Source: a virus
Virus record (IMG/VR): IMGVR_UViG_3300021142_000007
Span: 1 to 64,000 of that record
Length of the DNA stretch: 64,000 nucleotides
Reading direction: 5' to 3' (one strand)
The notes beneath the pieces were generated by a model. That model had not been told where the DNA came from, ran no database searches, and saw only the letters and a list, made by a program, of their open reading frames with translations. The stretch's first letter is position 1, and each line of letters opens with the position of its first letter. Shown piece after piece: positions 49,954 through 59,174 of this stretch. The translations under genes and the position numbers were made by a program.

Positions 49954-50739
49954 ATGGATACAAAAATTTGCAATAAGTGTAATCTGGATAAGCCAGTCAA
50001 TGAGTATTATAAAGACAAAACAAAAAAAGATGGTTTAGCTTCTTTTTGTATTGAATGTAAAAAACGTAGCGGTAAATTGTCATATGAAAAAAATGCTGAG
50101 AAAAGAATAGCAAAAGCTAAACAATATCGTGAGCAAAATAGAGATAAAGTAAACAAAAAAAATAAGCTCTATTATCTTAAAAATAAACAAACTTTTTCTG
50201 AAAAATCCAAAATTTATCGTGAGGCAAATTCAGATAATATAAAGAAGATGAGTAAACAATACTATGAAGAAAATAAGCATAAGGTACTGGAGCGTTATTT
50301 TAAAAATAGAGAAAACGAATTAAAAAGAATGAAAGATTGGAAAAAAGACAATCGAAAAAGACTAGCAGAGTATCAAAGAAACTATTATCAATCTCGAAAG
50401 AAAAAAGACCCATTGTTTAAATTAACTCTAAACATTAGAGGGTTAATAAGATTATCAATTAAAAATAAAGGGTTAAAGAAAAACTCTAAAACCTCTGATA
50501 TACTTGGCTGTTCGTTTGAAGAATTTAAAATCTATTTAGAATCTAAGTTTGAGTCTTGGATGAATTGGGATAACTATGGGCTTTATAACGGGGAGCCAAA
50601 CTATGGTTGGGATATTGACCATATAATACCTTTAGCTACTGCCTTAAAGGAAGAAGACTTGCTAAGTTTAAACCACTACACTAATCTTCAACCATTATGT
50701 AGTTATTTGAACAGAGACGTTAAAAAAGATAATTATTGA
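49954..50739 (+). mobile_element. Free-standing HNH homing endonuclease-like gene
   Basis: CNKC...CIEC; LGCSFEEF...WMNWDNYG...WDIDHIIP...HYTNLQPL; antisense to its neighbours and AT-richer. Confidence 0.85.
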
Positions 50740-51134
50740 ACATTCTCTTTTAATTTCTCTTTAAATTCTTTTGCTGTTTCATATGCTTCAGGGTTATCTA
50801 AAGGTTTTACTCCGTTACACATCCAAGGTTGCACTTGCATATGTTTTAGATAATCCTGCGGTGTTGGTATGAAGGTTCTGAAGTCTTCAAGAATATGTAG
50901 CATTGCTATATCTACCGTATCAACGCTACGACCATCTGAATTTACTATGTTGTAGCCAAATACCTTTGGTATGATATTATATGCAAACCAAGTATTATGT
51001 GTCAGGAAACGTGAAGTATTGTTGTTCATTGCACCCTTAGGACTATCAAGTAGTTCATGAAGTTGTAGGTAGTCTTCGGGCTTACCACCCCAACGCTTAA
51101 CGCTTGACTTTGAATGTAAGTATGGATTTGCCAT
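50733..51134 (-). CDS. Conserved phage protein, DUF6915-like
   Basis: HSKSSVKRWGGKPEDY...HILED...IPTPQDYL. Confidence 0.75.
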   Translation of the reverse strand: MANPYLHSKSSVKRWGGKPEDYLQLHELLDSPKGAMNNNTSRFLTHNTWFAYNIIPKVFGYNIVNSDGRSVDTVDIAMLHILEDFRTFIPTPQDYLKHMQVQPWMCNGVKPLDNPEAYETAKEFKEKLKENVQ

Positions 51135-51201
51135 GTTTGATTGATTGATAGGACAAAGATACAAAAAGTATTTGAATTTGCAAGAACTAATTTGTTAAAA
51201 A

Positions 51202-51462
51202 TTAATCCCAAACTTGGCTAATGCTACCCTCAAAAGGATTGTATTCTACTTGCTTTCCTAGTACATAGTTTCCTTTTTTTACGAAAAGAGCCATGTGTTC
51301 AGCTTGCGAACCATCAGGCTTTTCGTGCTTTAGTATGCTATCTTCGTTCACCTTTATAGGTGCGAAGTCAGCAGGTTTCTCGTCTACGGTCAGGCTTCCA
51401 TAAAGGGTATGTTGGTGCGAACCTTCGCCTTTAAGTAGGATTTGTCTTTTTGTTTTTGGCAT
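51202..51462 (-). CDS. Conserved phage protein
   Basis: LKGEGSHQH...EH...QVEYNP pattern. Confidence 0.7.
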   Translation of the reverse strand: MPKTKRQILLKGEGSHQHTLYGSLTVDEKPADFAPIKVNEDSILKHEKPDGSQAEHMALFVKKGNYVLGKQVEYNPFEGSISQVWD

Positions 51463-51514
51463 GAGTATTTTATTTATGATGCAAATATACTAATTAATTT
51501 TGAAAAAACAAATC

Positions 51515-51697
51515 TTATTCGATTTCTTTTATTTCCATTATATCAACATCAGCACCGTATTGTTTTGATAGCACTGGCGCAATCGTTGAATTAAATTCAT
51601 TTCTTGCCATTTCTTCATCACTGGCTTTAACCGTTACATTTCCTGTGGTGAACCCTTCATCACAATGATAATTGAACCTTATATTAAACTTTTTCAT
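51515..51697 (-). CDS. Hypothetical protein
   Basis: Start at MKKFNIRF after promoter near 51715. Confidence 0.6.
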   Translation of the reverse strand: MKKFNIRFNYHCDEGFTTGNVTVKASDEEMARNEFNSTIAPVLSKQYGADVDIMEIKEIE

Positions 51698-51814
51698 GTT
51701 GGTTTCTTTTAATGCAAATCTATGAATAAATATCCGAAAAAACAAGCATTTACCTAAATAAAAATAATTTGTTAAATGCTTGGTGAATTCAAGTCTTTTG
51801 CTTATGTTTGTTTT

Positions 51815-51868
51815 GTCATTCAGACGGGACGCTGCAAAGCGGGAGGTATACTCCACTACGTCCCTATA
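51815..51868 (+). ncRNA. Putative structured small RNA, copy C
   Basis: Follows TATGTTTG; CGCT-GCAA-AGCG and GGAG-GTATA-CTCC hairpins. Confidence 0.6.
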
Positions 51869-51938
51869 TTAAATACTACATAAAATAAAAAAGGGGGCAA
51901 GGATGCCCCCGCGAACCCTAGGCGGTTCGGTTAATCAA

Positions 51939-52133
51939 TCAAAATTTATCAGTAATGGCTTTCGCCTTGAGGTCTGTTAGTTTTTTCTCAGCAATTGCTA
52001 TGACCATACTAGAAGCGACTTTAACGTCTATTTCATTTTCGTATGCTATTTGTGCCAGAAGGTCGGCGCATTTACCTATGTTAGATAACTTAGTTATGTT
52101 ATCCATTTCTTCTTGTGTTAATTTGTTTACCAT
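51939..52133 (-). CDS. Hypothetical protein
   Basis: Own promoter. Confidence 0.6.
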   Translation of the reverse strand: MVNKLTQEEMDNITKLSNIGKCADLLAQIAYENEIDVKVASSMVIAIAEKKLTDLKAKAITDKF

Positions 52134-52207
52134 GATATGTGTGTTTTGATTAATGATACAAAGATAATAAAAGGTTTGGAAATTCCAAACCTTTTATCAT
52201 ATTTTTT

Positions 52208-52645
52208 TTATTTTGATAGGTTTGCTATCATTTTCTCCAATGCTTCAATACGTTTGTTTTGAGCGTCAAACATCTCTCTGATTGGCTTGGGTACAAGTAT
52301 ATTAAATTCTTTTACCCTTAGTGCTTCTTTTACTTTATTTCGACCCTCAAAGGTAGGTATATCTAGCTTTAGTTCGCTACCAAAGGTTTTTTTATACTCC
52401 CTTGATATACTGGCTTTGATACCTGTTGTCTTAGCTTCAAGGTATTGTCTGATTAGCCTATCCTTATCCATAGTAAGGTGTGCCTTATGCTGTGGACTTA
52501 GTTTTTCTCTCTTAGGCATGAGATTTGCGCTAGTTAAGATACTCCATACCTTGTGGTATGTAAGACCCAAAGAAGCTGAAATTTCTTTGGCTTTTTTGCC
52601 TTTGTTAGCGTATTCGATTACTTTGTCTTTGATTTCTGCTGACAT
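52208..52645 (-). CDS. HTH-domain protein
   Basis: GKKAKEISASLGLTYHKVWSIL. Confidence 0.65.
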   Translation of the reverse strand: MSAEIKDKVIEYANKGKKAKEISASLGLTYHKVWSILTSANLMPKREKLSPQHKAHLTMDKDRLIRQYLEAKTTGIKASISREYKKTFGSELKLDIPTFEGRNKVKEALRVKEFNILVPKPIREMFDAQNKRIEALEKMIANLSK

Positions 52646-52705
52646 GATTTGATTGATTTGATTAATGATACAAAGATAGTGCTTTTTTTGAGACTACCAA
52701 ACTTT

Positions 52706-53341
52706 TTATGAATTATTTTTACGTACTCTAAAGATATACTGCACCATAGGTAGAGACTTTAGCTTATTCTTATATACGACCATGTGTACGCTAGGGTCAA
52801 CGCTGACATCTTCGTTATTCAACGCTGTGCCTATGTAATAGCCCATTTCTTGCATATATTCTTCGTGTTCGTCTTCATTGTCAAATAGCTGTCTTATACC
52901 TTCATTTTCTGTTCTGCTATGTAGGGTATAGGTTACTGCAAATATAGTATCTTTTGTTAATGGATTGTTGCTTATCCATTCAAGTAATTCACCTATATTT
53001 TCGGGACGCAAACAAGTCATAAAGTCAAACCAAATAAAGTCTTCACCTGAATACTTGTGAGTGAAGATATTTTTATTTATAACACTAATTCCGCTAGGCG
53101 CATTTTTACTAGCTATTTCAGCTGTCTTTGGGTTAAATTCATACGAAATACCCGATAGCTTATATGTTATATTAAGTAGTTTTTCCATTTCTAGGTCTAT
53201 ACCACCCAGTGTAAATGTACGTAGTGTTTTGACCTTAGATTTAGGAAACATCTTTCGTATCTCTGAAAATATCATGTAACGGCAGTCTTCTTTGGCTACT
53301 GCTTTGCTATGTACGTATGTGTTATTGTCTATTGCTACCAT
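52706..53341 (-). CDS. Hypothetical protein, possible SAM-dependent methyltransferase-like fold
   Basis: TLGG...SYE...NIF...FIWFDF strand pattern. Confidence 0.45.
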   Translation of the reverse strand: MVAIDNNTYVHSKAVAKEDCRYMIFSEIRKMFPKSKVKTLRTFTLGGIDLEMEKLLNITYKLSGISYEFNPKTAEIASKNAPSGISVINKNIFTHKYSGEDFIWFDFMTCLRPENIGELLEWISNNPLTKDTIFAVTYTLHSRTENEGIRQLFDNEDEHEEYMQEMGYYIGTALNNEDVSVDPSVHMVVYKNKLKSLPMVQYIFRVRKNNS

Positions 53342-53485
53342 GATTGATTTGATTATGAAGGCAAAGATATATAACTTTTTGGACTTTCCAAATTTCAGCA
53401 ATACTTTTTTTCAAGTATTTTTTTCATCAAAAAGCTTGTAGCATTCGAAACTAATTCGTATCATTGCATCGATAATCAATCAACC

Positions 53486-53734
53486 ATGAATATATCTATA
53501 TAAACAAAAATAAAGTATCTCGAACGAACGGTTAAACTTGAAGGTCACAGTGTTGTAGCTATCAACCCAAAATCCATTCGTGTTGCATATGATTTAATTC
53601 TTGGTGGTGTAGTTGGTTTATTAAATACTAGATATGGCTCTGAATCCGATAACTACGTAGCCGCACATAGATGGGCTACCAAACAAAGACTAAAACGTAT
53701 TCAACACGGAAAAAAGGGTAAATTGATAAACTAA
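53486..53734 (+). pseudogene. ORF with in-frame TAA at codon 6
   Basis: ATG AAT ATA TCT ATA TAA, then 76 further open codons ending in TAATG coupling. Confidence 0.55.
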
Positions 53735-53850
53735 TGAGACACTGGCATCCCAATCAAACCCGTTTAATACTGGCTACACTGGTATGGGCTATGATATGTC
53801 TTGCTATCCTATTCAAAGGCATCGATATAATCCTTAGAAAAAAGAAATAA
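53734..53850 (+). CDS. 38-aa membrane peptide
   Basis: MRHWHPNQTRLILATLVWAMICLAILFKGIDIILRKKK; followed by a terminator. Confidence 0.55.
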   Translation: MRHWHPNQTRLILATLVWAMICLAILFKGIDIILRKKK

Positions 53851-54003
53851 ATTAATCTGCCCCAACTTCTGGGGCTTTTTTGTCATGGCTAGTCGGTTGA
53901 CGCTGGCCAGCACCTAGCCATGTACACAAATGTGTGCATATAAAAGGGGTCACCAGTTACCCAGTGACCCCAGTCTATGCCCAGTCATTAACCAAAAAAA
54001 TAG

Positions 54004-54075
54004 TACCGCGTAGGGAATTCGAATCCCTGACTTCTCCGTGAAAGGGAGACGACTTAACCACTTGTCGAACGCGGC
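54004..54075 (-). tRNA. tRNA-Glu (TTC), CCA not encoded
   Basis: GCCGCGT/ACGCGGT acceptor; TCTCC-CTTTCAC-GGAGA anticodon arm; AGGGA-TTCGAAT-TCCCT T arm. Confidence 0.92.
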
Positions 54076-54092
54076 GTGTAAAAATTGATGAA

Positions 54093-54314
54093 TTATTCTT
54101 CGTCTTGGAAATAAACCACCACCACTGGGCAATTTATCATTTCGGCTAAAAGTCCATCCTGATTGTAGATGTGAAACGTAATATCTTCATCACCTTCTGT
54201 TTTGATGATGTCGGTTACTATTTCCCCCTTCGGGAAAGGATAGCGTGTTCCTACTTCAAAAAAATAAGTCGGTTGCATACCGCACTCTGCAATACTCTTG
54301 ATTTTATGTGCCAT
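54093..54314 (-). CDS. Hypothetical protein
   Basis: Packed ORF. Confidence 0.6.
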   Translation of the reverse strand: MAHKIKSIAECGMQPTYFFEVGTRYPFPKGEIVTDIIKTEGDEDITFHIYNQDGLLAEMINCPVVVVYFQDEE

Positions 54315-54328
54315 TGTTTTTATTTTAA

Positions 54329-54562
54329 TTAATTCCAACCCTCTTTGATTATCTCTAGCTTTCCGTTATTGGCTTCTGACCAGTGCTCAAACCATTCTCC
54401 CCACTGCCCTCTGCGAGAGCGTGTAACGCTTATCACATTATCATTGCTTACCTTTAACATAGCCCTTAATGCTTTCTTTAGCTTGGTGTATGTATCATAG
54501 GTATTGATATGTTCTTTACCCTTATCATCGGTGAAGCTTGCTTGTGGTTTAAAACTTGCCAT
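54329..54562 (-). CDS. Hypothetical protein
   Basis: RSRRGQWGEWFEHW; own promoter. Confidence 0.7.
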   Translation of the reverse strand: MASFKPQASFTDDKGKEHINTYDTYTKLKKALRAMLKVSNDNVISVTRSRRGQWGEWFEHWSEANNGKLEIIKEGWN

Positions 54563-54612
54563 TGCGTTTATTTGTTGATGCAAACATAAGAAGTATTTTT
54601 GAATAAACCAAA

Positions 54613-54882
54613 TTAAATTCGATATTTTTTTTCGATGTCATCTGGTCCTATTTCATGACCATAGGATAGCTTATGTAGCGTACTTGTATTTGGATGCTGA
54701 CGATGTAAAAACTCGCTTACCGCTTTATTCCCCTGCAAATACGTTCCCATATACTCCCAAGCATATCCTTCGTTTAAAGCCACGCTAGGCTCTTCTAAGC
54801 CTTGATTGATGGGATGACTGGCTACCCAGTCCCACATTTCGTCCCACTTAGGGGATGTCATCTTAATTAGTATAAAATCCAT
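54613..54882 (-). CDS. Hypothetical protein
   Basis: WEYMGT...EFLHRQHP motif. Confidence 0.7.
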   Translation of the reverse strand: MDFILIKMTSPKWDEMWDWVASHPINQGLEEPSVALNEGYAWEYMGTYLQGNKAVSEFLHRQHPNTSTLHKLSYGHEIGPDDIEKKYRI

Positions 54883-54894
54883 ACCCCAATGATA

Positions 54895-55128
54895 CTACGA
54901 TATAGGTGTTAAGTCAAGCTTTAATTCATTTCTGCCTTTGTTGCTCTTCAATGGAAATCCGTGACGATTCCATTGACAGGAGCAAAAACCATCATGCAAG
55001 CTGGGCTTTCCGAACACTGGGTCTTTTACTTGACCGACAATGATATTATCCAAAGCAATCCAACGCAAGTTACGAACTTCGTGTCCGTCTATGGTCTGCG
55101 TTACTTTATTTAAAGCTTCTTGTTCCAT
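54895..55128 (-). CDS. Hypothetical protein
   Basis: Own promoter near 55133. Confidence 0.65.
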   Translation of the reverse strand: MEQEALNKVTQTIDGHEVRNLRWIALDNIIVGQVKDPVFGKPSLHDGFCSCQWNRHGFPLKSNKGRNELKLDLTPIS

Positions 55129-55189
55129 GATGCAAATATAAAAAGACCCCTCGATATATGCAAGGGGTCTTTTGTTAAAGAGTGTTAAA

Positions 55190-55726
55190 TTAGTCCATTT
55201 CAAAACTAGGCACAAGTTCCGTATACCCGTCAGGTATTTTTTTGTCTACGCTGATTAGGTCTCTAGCCCATATACCAATATGAGGATTTTCTTCTCTGCG
55301 GTAGTCACCACCACCTTGTCCGTTACCTTCGCAGGTCAATAGTGGTAGCGGATGCACTTGATAGTCCGACCACTCACCTTTGCCAAATGGACAAATTAAT
55401 TTATCTACAAATTGCTTTTTGGTATGGTTAATGATATACCTTGTTTCAGCAAGCGTATAAGGGTTTTCATGTCCCCCTTTGTTTTTGTCATTGCAACGGT
55501 CATAAACATTGCTTTTACGACCCTTGCACTTTTCGGCATAGTCGCCAGCCCATACAAGCCTTTGAGGTGCTTGCTTTAGATGCGCTTCCACCATAGCAAC
55601 GAAGTTATTACCCATGTATGAGTGTTCCATTAGCTTTAAACCATTTCGGTAGTCATGGCTATAAAACCAAGCAAGAACTGTCTTTTTGTTTCTAGCTAAG
55701 AACGCTGGATGATAGTATTGTCCCAT
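55190..55726 (-). CDS. Conserved hypothetical phage protein
   Basis: MGQYY...GLKLMEHSY...WAGDYA...HPLPLLT...GGGDY. Confidence 0.75.
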   Translation of the reverse strand: MGQYYHPAFLARNKKTVLAWFYSHDYRNGLKLMEHSYMGNNFVAMVEAHLKQAPQRLVWAGDYAEKCKGRKSNVYDRCNDKNKGGHENPYTLAETRYIINHTKKQFVDKLICPFGKGEWSDYQVHPLPLLTCEGNGQGGGDYRREENPHIGIWARDLISVDKKIPDGYTELVPSFEMD

Positions 55727-55782
55727 TGTTTTTTGTTTTTGATTAATGATACAAAGATAATACTTTATTTGGAAATTCCAAA

Positions 55783-56103
55783 TTAATTGGAAATTCTTTT
55801 TTCAGTTTTTAGCTTTTCAGCTTCATAGAACTCACAGATGATAAGAATATCCTGTAATTCATCTTTGGTCATAAGTTCATAGTCCTGTTTATAGCTATGA
55901 ATACTATCATCATTGCTACTGGTAGTATCATACACTTCAACGTCAGCACCGTTCAAATTAAAGTGTTCAGCTAAGGCAATAAGGTCGCCCATTTGTCCAA
56001 CACCTACTGATTGCCCATCATTCTGTTCAACTTCGCCAGCACTAAAAGAACCAAACTTATTGATGATGCGTTTGATGTTCTTGATGATTGTTTTCTTTTG
56101 CAT
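55783..56103 (-). CDS. Hypothetical protein
   Basis: Own promoter. Confidence 0.7.
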   Translation of the reverse strand: MQKKTIIKNIKRIINKFGSFSAGEVEQNDGQSVGVGQMGDLIALAEHFNLNGADVEVYDTTSSNDDSIHSYKQDYELMTKDELQDILIICEFYEAEKLKTEKRISN

Positions 56104-56178
56104 AAGTTTTGTTTTTGATTAATGATACAAAGATAAAAAAGGATTTGGAAATTCCAAATCCTTTTTTGTTAAAATATC

Positions 56179-56694
56179 CTAGTCGTGCATATCCATTAGT
56201 ACCACCCACTTTTTGCCTTCGTATTGCTCGACTACATTGGTTACACCAAATTCTGTATAGTCATATTCGTTGTAGCTTTCGGTCAATACGTCAAATGTAG
56301 CGTCTATTGGCTTATCGCTAATGGCTCTACCCTCTTCAAATTTACGCTTTTCCATAAGGTCTTCGATGTACTTAGCATACGACCATAATTCATTTGAAGT
56401 CATGGTTTCGATAGTCTTACCCTCCTTTAGTGCTTGTAGGGCTACATCAGCTTTCCATGAAGTACCAATGGCTTTTTGTACCATTTCATTGATTTTTTCA
56501 ATGGTATCGCTTTTTTCATCAGGTTCGTAACGACCTTCGCCATTCAGATAGACTTCGTTGTCCTCGCTGACAGCCCCACACATGGAACGCCAGTTGTTCT
56601 CTGTTCCGAAGTCAAATAATAGGTCTTCCGCTTCATTACAAGCGTCTAAGCCACTTTCGGCTCTTACTACGATTAAATGCAGATTATGCGCCAT
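56179..56694 (-). CDS. Hypothetical protein
   Basis: Own promoter; ends in DMHD. Confidence 0.7.
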   Translation of the reverse strand: MAHNLHLIVVRAESGLDACNEAEDLLFDFGTENNWRSMCGAVSEDNEVYLNGEGRYEPDEKSDTIEKINEMVQKAIGTSWKADVALQALKEGKTIETMTSNELWSYAKYIEDLMEKRKFEEGRAISDKPIDATFDVLTESYNEYDYTEFGVTNVVEQYEGKKWVVLMDMHD

Positions 56695-56780
56695 TGTTTT
56701 TTTGTTTTGATTAATAATAGGACAAATATAAAAAAACCCCTAGACATACGCAAGGGGTTTTTTGTTAAAGAGTGTTAATT

Positions 56781-57521
56781 TTATTTGTTGTAGATTTCCA
56801 GCAGTTGAGCATATAGCTTACCTTCGCTGGTGCTAAAAATGAATTTATCTTTGATAGCACTTTTTATTTTCTTCACCATTGCCTTTTGATTGTAGGCTTC
56901 CACCGTAAGCATAAGCTTTATCAGTGCTTCGTTCATCGGGCGAGTATTCGGCAAGCTATACGATAGTTCTCTGATATAGCCCAGCAGTTCTTCACCGCGT
57001 AATTTATTTACGATTTCAAAAGTACCTTCTTTTACCATCTTGGTTACTTTTGACCTCGTTTTTTGAGAATAGGCTTGCATGATTACAGTTACCTGTATAT
57101 CGGAAAATGCACCCTTGTAGTCAGAACGAAGTTGACCATAGTGTTTTTTACCACTTTCAGCCCAGCTATGGATATAGTCATCCAGCTTCCATGATTTGCT
57201 GGTATTATTGAGGTCTATCATCAGCTGTGTGATGTCTTGTTCGGTTTCACACTCTATTACTTTGCAATGAATGCTCCATTTTAGTTCTTTGATTGCTTCG
57301 GTCAAATGCTGTCCATCTACGATATAGAAGTTGTTATTGTACTTCACCACGATTACGTAGCGCAATACACCATGCTTCAATATAGAAGACTTCATTTTTG
57401 CCACGTGCAATTTGCAAATAGCACGGTTTTTTGCAAAGGTCTTTAGCAGGTGATACATATCAGGACTGATTACCAATACGCTCTCTAGCGTGTTTACCAC
57501 TTGTTTTGTTAGTGTTGACAT
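56781..57521 (-). CDS. ParB/Srx N-terminal-like domain protein
   Basis: NR...HV...YIVDGQHL...LNNTSKSW pattern. Confidence 0.7.
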   Translation of the reverse strand: MSTLTKQVVNTLESVLVISPDMYHLLKTFAKNRAICKLHVAKMKSSILKHGVLRYVIVVKYNNNFYIVDGQHLTEAIKELKWSIHCKVIECETEQDITQLMIDLNNTSKSWKLDDYIHSWAESGKKHYGQLRSDYKGAFSDIQVTVIMQAYSQKTRSKVTKMVKEGTFEIVNKLRGEELLGYIRELSYSLPNTRPMNEALIKLMLTVEAYNQKAMVKKIKSAIKDKFIFSTSEGKLYAQLLEIYNK

Positions 57522-57590
57522 TGTTTTTTGTTTTGATTAATAATAGGACAAAGATAAGACTATTTTTTAGATTTCCAAGTATAAATGAAA

Positions 57591-57902
57591 TTATTTTTTA
57601 CCAATGATTGCTTTGATGATAAAGCCCATTTCATACTTGGTACCATACATTGTCATGAATACCAAAGCATTGATATGTGTCTGTGACCCTTCCGAAGCTT
57701 TCTGAACCACAAATCTAACGGCATCAGCATCGGTCTCGAATACTTGGTCGTCATCAACCTTCTCGATACGAAACTCGCTACCATTGGCTGTTCCATGTGA
57801 TTCAAATATGCTCCAACCCTCGCCCCTTATTGCTTCATGAATGTCATTAAGCATAGTTACGTGTTCAATACTAACGTTCTTTTCTTGTTGTAGTTGTGTC
57901 AT
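57591..57902 (-). CDS. Hypothetical protein
   Basis: Own promoter. Confidence 0.7.
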   Translation of the reverse strand: MTQLQQEKNVSIEHVTMLNDIHEAIRGEGWSIFESHGTANGSEFRIEKVDDDQVFETDADAVRFVVQKASEGSQTHINALVFMTMYGTKYEMGFIIKAIIGKK

Positions 57903-57952
57903 TGTTTATTGATTATGATGACAAAGATAATGATATTTTTCGGATTTCCAAA

Positions 57953-58360
57953 TTATAGTTGTTTTATCAGTACTTTTTTTCCTTCGTATTCCTTTACGAC
58001 CTCTAAAAGGTTTTTATTCTCTGCGTTGAATCTTAGATGCTCTCCATCAGGAACAACCGTAACACAGATATGGATAGACATATCGCCAAAGGTTTCACCT
58101 TCTTTTATTTGATAGTCTATCAAGACTTCTTTGATGATACCCAAGAAACATATAGGCAGTTTTTTAATTTCTTCGGCTATCACCAATGTCATATTCATCC
58201 TACTTAATTTCTGAATAGGTACTTCAAACGTAGACGTTACATAAAACCCATTAGCACTACCAATACGTAGTGAGCCTAGATTGGTTATACCTAATTCTTC
58301 TTTGATTACACCAGTGATTGCTGAAATCATATTAAAATACATAGTGTTTATTCTTTCCAT
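57953..58360 (-). CDS. Hypothetical protein
   Basis: Own promoter. Confidence 0.65.
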   Translation of the reverse strand: MERINTMYFNMISAITGVIKEELGITNLGSLRIGSANGFYVTSTFEVPIQKLSRMNMTLVIAEEIKKLPICFLGIIKEVLIDYQIKEGETFGDMSIHICVTVVPDGEHLRFNAENKNLLEVVKEYEGKKVLIKQL

Positions 58361-58390
58361 TGCTTATTGTTTATGAGGACAAAGATAATA

Positions 58391-58855
58391 CTATTTTTTA
58401 GATTTCCTAGTTTTTTCTTGATTTTTTTTGTAATTGATATGCTCCTTAAGCTTATCGCTCATCCATGTATGAGTCGCCATATCATCAACATCCTCCATGA
58501 ATGATGAATACGCGAAGTAATTATCGCTCACCAATTCGCGTTTTCGGTTAAACATCTTCACACACGCATTCTCGTCACACTCTTCGAAGTTAACGTAATA
58601 GATGTGGTTCTTGGTCTCCAGTACCCTTTCAAATGTACCTAGTAGTGTTTTGATATATCGCTGAGAACTTAGTTTCATTATATAGTCTTTTTTTGCTTTT
58701 TCGAACTTAATTAAATACTCTTCGTATTGCCCTATATTACTTTGTTTAAGCTTAGATAAAGCATAAGACGCATTCGTATCTTCAGGTGCTGTCCCTAGAT
58801 GTATCGAACGTATAGAATTTTCTATGTTACGTATTAGTAACTCCTCATTCTTCAT
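58391..58855 (-). CDS. Hypothetical protein
   Basis: Overlap-coupled ORF. Confidence 0.6.
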   Translation of the reverse strand: MKNEELLIRNIENSIRSIHLGTAPEDTNASYALSKLKQSNIGQYEEYLIKFEKAKKDYIMKLSSQRYIKTLLGTFERVLETKNHIYYVNFEECDENACVKMFNRKRELVSDNYFAYSSFMEDVDDMATHTWMSDKLKEHINYKKNQEKTRKSKK

Positions 58856-59174
58856 CCTCACATATTTCGTCATAAGATACCTCCATATCGATTTTCCCAT
58901 CCAATACCAATTGCCAGAAATTCTGGGAATTACTGAACGTTCCTTTCGTCCCAGCTTTTAAGACATCTCTACTGGGTATACGATTGCCATAATAGTCCTT
59001 GCGGAATACCTTCGGTAGCATACACGCACCGCTCTCAAGCAAACGCATTGCTTCGCGACCTACGCTACCCTCAAAGAGCCATGCTTGACCTGAATCGATG
59101 TTTTTTTGCATCCCGTCAAGACCATATTGTTTCTGTAGCTTTTTTATGCTTGCAAATGATAATGCTTTTGTCAT
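58845..59174 (-). CDS. Conserved hypothetical phage protein
   Basis: SGQAWLFEGSVGREAM...DYYGN. Confidence 0.7.
   Translation of the reverse strand: MTKALSFASIKKLQKQYGLDGMQKNIDSGQAWLFEGSVGREAMRLLESGACMLPKVFRKDYYGNRIPSRDVLKAGTKGTFSNSQNFWQLVLDGKIDMEVSYDEICEDEE

Noticed and set aside
53950-54132. 60-aa ORF
   Set aside because: It runs through tRNA-Glu and its terminator
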